From Oligoflexales bacterium (GTDB lineage Bacteria; Bdellovibrionota_B; Oligoflexia; Oligoflexales; CAIYRB01), in NCBI GenBank assembly GCA_041736175.1, contig JBGSUI010000195.1:1-34298 (forward strand): a DNA stretch of 34,298 nt, in the 5' to 3' direction. Below the pieces are notes generated by a model. It saw only the letters and a program-made list of their open reading frames with translations. It did no database searches and was not told the origin of the DNA. A program made the position numbers and the translations under genes. Shown one piece after another: positions 26,986-34,298 of the stretch. Numbering within the stretch: the first letter of the stretch is position 1; each line of letters opens with the position of its first letter.

Positions 26986-29658
26986 ATGCATAGCCAAAAG
27001 AACCCATGGGGCATTCCCTATCGAACGGGCGAGGAGATTCGCCAGTCCTTTATCGACTTTTTTGTAAAGACGAAGGGGCACACCTTTGTGCCTTCTTCTC
27101 CCGTCGTACCCCATGATGATCCAACCCTGCTGTTTATCAATTCGGGTATGAATCAATTTAAGGCGCTTTTTTTAGGAGAATCTAGTTTAGACCTCAAAAG
27201 GGCTGCCAACTCCCAAAAATGCCTAAGGGTTTCAGGAAAGCATAACGACTTAGACGAGGTCGGTCGAGATACCTACCACCATACTTTCTTTGAGATGCTG
27301 GGGAATTGGTCTTTTGGTGACTACTACAAAAACGAAGCTTTAGTCTGGTCTTGGGAACTGTTAACGGAAGTCTGGAAGCTGCCAAAAGATCGGCTTTTTG
27401 CAACGGTTTACCGTGATGATGACGAGGCCGAAGCCATATGGCGGTCTAAAACCGATATCAATCCAAACCATATTATGAGGTTTGGAGAAAAGAGCAATTT
27501 TTGGGAAATGGGAGAGGTCGGGCCCTGCGGTCCTTGCTCCGAGATCCACTTTGATATGGGCGATCCGGCCACCCGAGCCAGTACTTTTCAGGACCCTATT
27601 TTGGGTGTTAACGGCGAAAACGCCCGTTACATTGAGATATGGAACAATGTTTTTATGCAGTACGAACGGCTTAAGGATGGTTCTTTGAAACCTCTTAAAG
27701 CCAAGCACGTGGATACAGGAATGGGATTTGAGCGAGTATGCTCGATCATCCAGGGTTCGGGATCCAACTACGAAACCGACCTCTTCCGTCCCCTCTTGGA
27801 CCAAATCGCTAACATGACCCACATGCCCTATGACCAAGGGGTCAACGGAACCCCTCACCGCGTGATTGCCGATCATCTGCGGGCCTTGGTTTTTGCTATT
27901 GGAGATGGCGCAACCCCAGGCAACGAAGGTCGGGGCTATGTTCTCCGTAGAATCCTCAGACGGGCAAGCCGGTTTTCCCAGGACCTTGACCAAAAAAAGC
28001 CTTTTATCTTTAAGCTTGTGCCGCGCCTGGTTGAGATTATGGGGGGGGCCTACCCGGAGATTCGAGCAAGGCAAGATTTTATAAGCGAAGTGATCGAGGC
28101 CGAAGAAACTCGCTTTATGCGGACTCTAAAAGACGGGCTCACTCGTTTTCACAAAATCCTGCAAGAGACCAAAGAAAAGGGTCAGGTCGAAATCAAAGGT
28201 TCTGATGTCTTCCAACTCTACGATACCTACGGTTTTCCCTCAGACCTAACCCGCGTTCTGGCGGATGAAAAGGGCTATTCCATCGACCAGCCTGGTTTTG
28301 ATACGGCTATGAACGAGCAAAAGGAGCGGGCCCGAAACGCAGCCAAGTTTGCCGGAACGCTTTCGGGGGACGAAGGCTGGACAGTGCTCCATTCCCAACA
28401 AGGCACCCTTTTTGTTGGTTACGAGTCAGATTCGGTCGCTACAAAGGTATTGCGTTACCAGGAAGTTGGCGACGACATCTTGGTTGTCCTAGAAAAATCT
28501 CCCTTTTATGCGGAATCCGGGGGGCAGGTTGGGGACGTAGGTGAGATCGAGTCCACCCACAAAACCCACCCTTTAAAGCTAAGGGTTGTGGATACTTTTA
28601 AACTGTTTGATACCCAAATCCATCGTTGCCACCTAGTCCAAGGTCTACTAGCGCCCAAATCTCTTGAAAACGTCACTGCATCTTTGGATGTGCCGTCGCG
28701 GTCCGCTATTGTGCGCCATCATTCGGTGACCCATCTCTTGCATGCTGCTTTGCGAAAGGTATTAGGACCCCATGTAACCCAGCAAGGGTCAAGGGTTGCT
28801 GCCGAAGCCCTAAGGTTTGACTTTACCCATCCTAAGGCCCTTAGTCCGGGTGAGCTTAGGGAGGTAGAAAGGCTTGTCAATCTTGAGATCCTAGCCAATC
28901 AAAATATTGTGGTGCGCCAATCCCCCATTGAGGAGGCTAAGGCTGAAGGTGCTACGGCGCTTTTTGGAGAAAAATATGGGGATGTGGTACGGCATATTAA
29001 GATGGGTGATTTTAGCCACGAGCTTTGTGGGGGCACCCATGCAAAAGCAACAGGGGATCTTGGTAGTTTCCGGATCCTCAGCGAATCGTCGATCGCATCA
29101 GGCATCCGTCGGATTGAGGCAGTCGCTGGCCTAGCGGCCCTTGAGCGAGCCCAGAACGATCACGCAATCCTTGGAGATGTGACGCGTCATTTAAAAATTC
29201 GTCCGGAAGAGCTTGGATCTCAAATTTCTGAGTATGAGCTAAAAATTAGAGATCTAGAAAAAGAGCTGAAGGTCTATCGAGATGCTAAGTTACAGAGCCA
29301 GCTCAAAGTGCTTTTAGAAAACAAAAAAGCAACTCCTCATGGTCTTGACCTTTTGGTCCAAAAGCTTTCAGCCAAGGATTTTCCTAAGGACCAGCTTCAG
29401 GCAGTCCTTGAGCATTGTGCAGATCGCCTTAACAATGGCGTCGCCATTATGACCCATATAGAAGAAGGCTTGCTGACGATCCTTGTGGCGGTCGGCGTTG
29501 AAGCTCGCAAAAAGTATAAAGCAGGAGATCTGGTTCGCCAACTTTCCGAAATCGCCGGCGGCAAAGGAGGTGGGCGTCCCGATCGCGCCCAGGCGGGGTC
29601 AAAGTTTCCAGAGAAAGAGCCTCTCGTCTTGGAGCGAGCATCGGCTCTGTTTGATTAA
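26986..29658 (+). CDS. alaS: Alanine--tRNA ligase
   Basis: DDPTLLFINSGM, SQKCLR, HHTFFEMLGNWSFGDY, DTGMGFER, HSVTH and ELCGGTH editing motifs, GKGGGR. Confidence 0.98.
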   Translation: MHSQKNPWGIPYRTGEEIRQSFIDFFVKTKGHTFVPSSPVVPHDDPTLLFINSGMNQFKALFLGESSLDLKRAANSQKCLRVSGKHNDLDEVGRDTYHHTFFEMLGNWSFGDYYKNEALVWSWELLTEVWKLPKDRLFATVYRDDDEAEAIWRSKTDINPNHIMRFGEKSNFWEMGEVGPCGPCSEIHFDMGDPATRASTFQDPILGVNGENARYIEIWNNVFMQYERLKDGSLKPLKAKHVDTGMGFERVCSIIQGSGSNYETDLFRPLLDQIANMTHMPYDQGVNGTPHRVIADHLRALVFAIGDGATPGNEGRGYVLRRILRRASRFSQDLDQKKPFIFKLVPRLVEIMGGAYPEIRARQDFISEVIEAEETRFMRTLKDGLTRFHKILQETKEKGQVEIKGSDVFQLYDTYGFPSDLTRVLADEKGYSIDQPGFDTAMNEQKERARNAAKFAGTLSGDEGWTVLHSQQGTLFVGYESDSVATKVLRYQEVGDDILVVLEKSPFYAESGGQVGDVGEIESTHKTHPLKLRVVDTFKLFDTQIHRCHLVQGLLAPKSLENVTASLDVPSRSAIVRHHSVTHLLHAALRKVLGPHVTQQGSRVAAEALRFDFTHPKALSPGELREVERLVNLEILANQNIVVRQSPIEEAKAEGATALFGEKYGDVVRHIKMGDFSHELCGGTHAKATGDLGSFRILSESSIASGIRRIEAVAGLAALERAQNDHAILGDVTRHLKIRPEELGSQISEYELKIRDLEKELKVYRDAKLQSQLKVLLENKKATPHGLDLLVQKLSAKDFPKDQLQAVLEHCADRLNNGVAIMTHIEEGLLTILVAVGVEARKKYKAGDLVRQLSEIAGGKGGGRPDRAQAGSKFPEKEPLVLERASALFD

Positions 29659-29677
29659 GGTCTTTTGAGGAAATGAT

Positions 29678-30535
29678 TTAGTTTGAAGCTGATGGAGCCT
29701 TTGTCGAAGACAAGGGTTTTCGACGTTGGGATATCTCAGTGGCATCAAGGATGGAGACCATTTTTTCGATATTGCATGATTCCCCGGAGCAGCCGTAGAT
29801 CTTTTGGATGCGCTCTAAATCTCCTTTAGAAAGCCTCCTGTTGGCTAAACCTTCGCCGATAAAAACCGAGGGATTCATAATCGATTGGCTATCCACCTGG
29901 GCATCGATATGGGCTAACCCCAGGAGGTGCCCCAGTTCATGGAGGGCGAGAGTCTGCATGTCAACAATCTCTCTCTTTGCTTCAGCCTTAGAAGTCAGGC
30001 TATCGCCTATCATATAGTAGTCGCTGTTGAATCTGATATCGGCGGTCAGGATTTTTTCCGGATTTTTGGGGTCGTTATCCCAAATGGTGGTTGCGAGGAC
30101 TACCGGGGGTTTTCCTGTCTTATCCCAATGGTCGTCAAGGTAGTTGCCATTGATCTGGTCGTTTAGTGAGCTATAAAGATCCGGGAAGGAATCGCCGGTC
30201 GTCCCAGCATGGACCCCAATAAAAGTAAATAGTTTTTTGCCTACTGCTGACTCCCACGTGCTCATAGCTCTTTGTAGTCCCTTGACTTGATCGGGAGTTA
30301 AATCATTGCCGACCTTAAATTGGATAGGAAGCTGGACCCACCCACCTGGGGCATGAAGCCCGTAAGGCAAGGATCTGTTTTCAGCCGCAGATTCCCGTCG
30401 AGCATCAAGGCGACTTCCATGGTCATCTTCAAGGGAGACCTTGTACATCTGAGCCCCACAAGCTACAAAGCCTTTAAATACCGAGAGCATGGTTAGAAGT
30501 GCGAATCCATATTTTAAGCCATAGTACTTTTTCAT
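29678..30535 (-). CDS. Matrixin (M10/metzincin) zinc metalloprotease, lipoprotein
   Basis: HELGHLLGLAH plus SIM Met-turn; ADIRFN; lipobox-like FVA-C; GGAGG RBS. Confidence 0.9.
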   Translation of the reverse strand: MKKYYGLKYGFALLTMLSVFKGFVACGAQMYKVSLEDDHGSRLDARRESAAENRSLPYGLHAPGGWVQLPIQFKVGNDLTPDQVKGLQRAMSTWESAVGKKLFTFIGVHAGTTGDSFPDLYSSLNDQINGNYLDDHWDKTGKPPVVLATTIWDNDPKNPEKILTADIRFNSDYYMIGDSLTSKAEAKREIVDMQTLALHELGHLLGLAHIDAQVDSQSIMNPSVFIGEGLANRRLSKGDLERIQKIYGCSGESCNIEKMVSILDATEISQRRKPLSSTKAPSASN

Positions 30536-30562
30536 ACGTCCTCCGACCTAGATTTAATAGTA

Positions 30563-30589
30563 CCATCGTCATTTGGTGTAAAAAATTGA
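30563..30589 (-). promoter_or_regulatory. Putative sigma28 promoter for the matrixin lipoprotein
   Basis: TCAA-N15-GACGATGG on the minus strand, 27 bp upstream of the ATG. Confidence 0.45.
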
Positions 30590-30622
30590 GAGTATTTATA
30601 AAGTAACGTAATTATCTATATA

Positions 30623-30635
30623 TATCAATAAGTTA
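30623..30635 (+). promoter_or_regulatory. IHF-consensus site
   Basis: TATCAATAAGTTA matches WATCAANNNNTTR exactly, in an AT-rich intergenic region. Confidence 0.45.
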
Positions 30636-30859
30636 ATCTATCTTCTTTTGCTCTCATTTTTATTTGTTCCAATAGGGTAAAGTCAAACTGATCATTGGAT
30701 CCCCTGTCTAGTCCCGCTGGAACGGTAGGTCTGGAATTTCGGGCTTTACAAGGTGGACCCTGCTCAATACCTTAGGCTTTGGATTTAAGGCTTAAAGGGC
30801 CATGTTCCGTAAAATAAGTAAACAAATCAGTATGTCAGTGTTTAAAGAGAAGGTGATTC

Positions 30860-33511
30860 ATGTCAGAACTAGCGTCGTCTTACGATCCAAAAACCTACGA
30901 AGCAAGGCTTTACCAGTTTTGGCTAGACCAGCAACTCTTTAAAGGCCGACCGGACTCAGGTCGGGAACCATTTGTCGTCTTAATGCCTCCCCCTAATATC
31001 ACCAGCCAGCTGCATATGGGGCATGGGACGGGGTATTCCATGCAAGATATCCTCGTGCGGTGGAAAAGGATGTCTGGATTTGATGCGGTCTGGTTACCAG
31101 GAACCGACCATGCGGGAATCGCCACCCAGATGATGGTGGAGAAATCCCTTGTCGCTGAGGGGCTGCGAAAGGAGGACCTGGGGCGAGAAAAGTTTTTGGA
31201 GCGACTCGTCCAATGGAAAGAAAAATATGGCGGCATGATCCTTTCGCAGTTTCGGGCGATGGGGTTTTCCTGTGATTGGGACCGACTCGCTTACACGATG
31301 GACCCTAGTCTTTCTAAGGCAGTCCGCAAAATCTTTGTGGACCTCTACAACAAAAAACTTATTTACCGCGGAGAACGACTGGTCAATTGGGATTCCACTC
31401 TGCAAACAGCAGTATCGGATGACGAGATTGTAAGCGAAGAGACCCAAGGATTTTTGTGGCATATCAACTACCCCATCGCAGGAACTGATCAATTTGTCGA
31501 AATAGCAACGACTCGTCCTGAAACCCTTTTGGGTGATACCGCCGTGGCGGTCAATCCCGACGACGAACGATTTAAACACCTTGTCGGCAAACAAGTCTTG
31601 CTACCATTGACCAATCGGCTTATCCCGATCATCGCTGATCCCTATGTAAGTGCGGAGTTTGGTACGGGAGCTGTCAAAATAACTCCTGCCCATGACTTTA
31701 ACGATTTTGAGGTGGGAAAACGCCACCAACTCCCCATGATCAATATCTTTAAAGAGGATGGCACCCTCAACGATAAAGTTCCCCTCCCTTATCAAGGGCT
31801 TTCTCGTAAAGAGGCTCGCAAAAAAATCCTCGGGGATCTAAAAAACATTGGTTTGTTTGTAAAAGAGGTGCCCCATAAGCTTGTGGTGCCCCTATCTGAT
31901 CGAAGCAAAGACATTATCGAGCCCAGGCTTTCGTTTCAATGGTTTGTCGATATGAAGACCCTTGCGGCACCAGCCCTAGCAGCGGCAAAGGAAGGCCAGC
32001 TTAAATTTCATCCGGATCTTTGGAAAAAGACTTATGTTCACTGGTTAGAAAATATCAAAGACTGGTGTATCTCTCGCCAGCTTTGGTGGGGCCATCGGAT
32101 TCCGATTTGGTATTGCCAAGATTGCCAGGGATACACCACCGGCGAGGAGGATCCGACAGAATGTAACCACTGCCATAGTCACAAGATAGTCCAGGACAAC
32201 GATGTGCTGGACACTTGGTTTTCCAGTTGGCTATGGCCCGTGAGCCCCTTTGGGTGGCCAGGGGAGACAGAGGATCTTAAGCGTTATTATCCGACCGATG
32301 TGTTAGTAACAGCGCCTGAGATTATTTTCCTCTGGGTGGCTCGTATGGTTATGTTGGGTATAGAGACCCGAGGGGAGATCCCCTTTAAGGATGTGTTTCT
32401 CACGGCGACCGTATGCGATAAGCAAGGCCGGAAATTTTCTAAGACCCTAGGCAATGGAATCGATCCTCTCTTGGTTATCGATAAATATGGAACCGACGCT
32501 GTGCGGTTTTCATCCGTACAGCTCGCTCCCCTCGGTGGGCGGATCCGCATGGCGGTGGAGGATTTTGAGGCAGGTGGGCGCTTTATCAATAAGCTCTGGA
32601 ATGCCTCGCGGTTTCTGTTGAGCTATGTAGATGCCTCGCGACCGGTGGGGTCACTGGATTTTCAGAGTTTAGAATTGTCACAAAAATGGCTTATCCACGA
32701 ACTCCATTTGAGTGCAGCCAAAATCGATCAAAGTCTGAGTCAATTTCGCATCAATGATATGGCAGACCACCTGCATCATTTGATTTGGGGGAGTTTTTGT
32801 GATTGGGCTATCGAGACTGCAAAGAATGCCCTAAATAGTGCGGATCAAAACAAAAAAGATCAGGTGATTTCTGTTTTGCTTTATGCCCTAGAGGGTATTT
32901 TGCGTTTAGCATCGCCAGTCATCCCTTTTGTCACTGACGAGATTTGGCAAAAAATGCCAAAGCATCCCCAGTGGGATCGGCCGATCAGCATTATGGTGGC
33001 TCATTATCCAAAGCCTGAAGATATTCCAAGCTTTAAAGATGAGGCTGCTTCCTGGGCTCTTGTGCAAAACATCATCTATGGAGTGAGATCAGTCCGCAGC
33101 CAAGCGGGAATCCCCCCAAAAACCGAGTTAAAGGTGTTTGTAAAAACAGCAACGGATTTTGCTGAGATTCTTAATCTGCAAAAGGACGATCTATGCCGCC
33201 TGGCTTTTGTGCAAGATTTCCAGGCGGGGCCAGATATCGGGCGCCCACGTCACTGTCTTGTCAGTGTTGGGAAAGGGTTTGAAACCTATATCCCCGCCGA
33301 TGGATTGATCGATATTCCCAAAGAGCAAAAGCGTCTCCAGTTGGAGTCCCAGAGGCTTGATAAAATCATAGCGGGATTGGAGTCTAAGTTAGCAAGCCCT
33401 GCTTTTGTCGACAGGGCCCCCGCCGATGTTGTCCTACAGACAAGGGAGCAGCACCAAAACCTCAGCGAACAAAGGCTGGGGATTCAAAGAAATCTTGAGG
33501 CCCTCTGTTAG
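30860..33511 (+). CDS. valS: Valine--tRNA ligase
   Basis: PPPNIT..LHMGH, GTDHAGIATQ, ATTRPET, GTGAVKITPAHD, DWCISRQLWWGHRIP, DVLDTWFSS, C-terminal coiled coil; KMSKS loop reads KFSKT. Confidence 0.98.
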   Translation: MSELASSYDPKTYEARLYQFWLDQQLFKGRPDSGREPFVVLMPPPNITSQLHMGHGTGYSMQDILVRWKRMSGFDAVWLPGTDHAGIATQMMVEKSLVAEGLRKEDLGREKFLERLVQWKEKYGGMILSQFRAMGFSCDWDRLAYTMDPSLSKAVRKIFVDLYNKKLIYRGERLVNWDSTLQTAVSDDEIVSEETQGFLWHINYPIAGTDQFVEIATTRPETLLGDTAVAVNPDDERFKHLVGKQVLLPLTNRLIPIIADPYVSAEFGTGAVKITPAHDFNDFEVGKRHQLPMINIFKEDGTLNDKVPLPYQGLSRKEARKKILGDLKNIGLFVKEVPHKLVVPLSDRSKDIIEPRLSFQWFVDMKTLAAPALAAAKEGQLKFHPDLWKKTYVHWLENIKDWCISRQLWWGHRIPIWYCQDCQGYTTGEEDPTECNHCHSHKIVQDNDVLDTWFSSWLWPVSPFGWPGETEDLKRYYPTDVLVTAPEIIFLWVARMVMLGIETRGEIPFKDVFLTATVCDKQGRKFSKTLGNGIDPLLVIDKYGTDAVRFSSVQLAPLGGRIRMAVEDFEAGGRFINKLWNASRFLLSYVDASRPVGSLDFQSLELSQKWLIHELHLSAAKIDQSLSQFRINDMADHLHHLIWGSFCDWAIETAKNALNSADQNKKDQVISVLLYALEGILRLASPVIPFVTDEIWQKMPKHPQWDRPISIMVAHYPKPEDIPSFKDEAASWALVQNIIYGVRSVRSQAGIPPKTELKVFVKTATDFAEILNLQKDDLCRLAFVQDFQAGPDIGRPRHCLVSVGKGFETYIPADGLIDIPKEQKRLQLESQRLDKIIAGLESKLASPAFVDRAPADVVLQTREQHQNLSEQRLGIQRNLEALC

Positions 33512-33548
33512 AGGGGGGATTTATGTGCTTAAAAGATGAGGAATAGTA

Positions 33549-34064
33549 ATGTTAGACAGTAAGCTAATTTCCTCAATTACACCAGAAAGTCTTGGTGCCT
33601 ATCTATCCTCAAACGGATGGATAAAAAAGAATTCGTCGAATATGGAAGCATATAAATATGAACATCGAGATGGTGGTGTATTGATTTTACCATCGAGTGT
33701 ATTAGCTGTAAGATACGCCAAATCTGTAAGTAATGTTATTTCAACCCTATCGGAGTGGGAAGAGAGAAGTTGTGTTGATATTTTTCAGGACATCGTGGCA
33801 CCAAATTCTGATTCTCTGTTCTTTGCTTTCAGCGGCCAATCAGCAGACAAGGGAAGCCTTCCCATTAAATAGGTCCCTGAAGCCATCTCAAATATTGAAC
33901 AGATGTTCGCCGCAATCTCGTTCCTTCAGGGGCGAAAATGCGAACCGCTAAGGATTTACGCTAGGAAATCCGCCGCCACGGTGTTACAGAAGTATGTATG
34001 GCGAGAGAGCCAGCTCTTTGACAACTCAGGTATGGGTTCTGCAAACGATTCCTTTTGCAGGTAA
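33549..34064 (+). pseudogene. Accessory hypothetical gene interrupted by an in-frame TAG
   Basis: GAGGA RBS; 107-aa ORF stops at TAG 33870-33872, but the frame stays open for 63 more codons to TAA 34062-34064; AT-richer than valS. Confidence 0.5.
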
Positions 34065-34298
34065 AAACCTGAAGGTAGCGTCGAGTATACTTGTACGGCT
34101 ATACTCACTGCTGTGAGGCACAATAAGACGCACTTCATAAGTACAAAATTGTTTTTTACACGGGAACCGTGTTGCTCTAAGAGAAAAGCTTAGAGTATTG
34201 GACGTGGAGCCAAACATAAGCCGCAGGAAGCGATAGCGACCTGCGCATCTGTGGTAGAAGCGTCAAAAAAGAAAAGGAAAGCAGCGAAAGCTGCTTGA

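Noticed and set aside
30740..30800. Canonical T-box riboswitch before valS
   Set aside because: The sequence is TGGACCC, not the TGGTACC expected for tRNA-Val; there is no clear specifier stem and no U-tailed terminator
33870..33872. Amber recoding, given in-frame TAGs here and at 1787-1789
   Set aside because: TAG is the real stop of valS, nadA, ftsH, the S1 protease and the activator; no suppressor or pyl genes are visible; pseudogenisation is simpler
1..34298. CRISPR array, rRNA, IS/transposase or integrase gene
   Set aside because: No regularly spaced repeats, rRNA-like sequence or recombinase/transposase motifs were seen

Overview
Bacterial chromosomal segment. Gene content and order suggest Bdellovibrionota/Oligoflexia-like or deltaproteobacterial-type ancestry (inference). 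The core holds a minus-strand run (tilS-ftsH-folP-cdaA-cdaR-glmM-pdxJ-tsaE-tRNA-Arg(ACG)), two tandem flagellins, nadA, fadD, pncC, lolA, an FKBP PPIase, alaS and valS. Uncharacterised genes lie among them: two matrixin-type zinc proteases, two putative outer-membrane beta-barrels, an orphan GspC-like PDZ protein, a Cys-rich HDOD protein, a PocR-domain sigma54 activator, a 2OG-Fe(II) oxygenase and several secreted hypotheticals. The left 2.2 kb, past the tRNA 3' end, looks like an eroded tRNA-integrated island (IHF site, arm-type repeats, HTH remnant, DUF1566 lipoprotein, S1 protease). The right end has an amber-interrupted accessory gene. The main unannotated signals are: (1) eight sigma28/FliA-like promoters, mostly before non-flagellar genes; (2) a possible sigma28 to PocR activator to sigma54 cascade; (3) a candidate surface-protease module of barrels, a CTERM-anchored matrixin and an orphan GspC; (4) an NrtR-type operator at nadA. 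All calls come from reading motifs by eye; no database searches were run.
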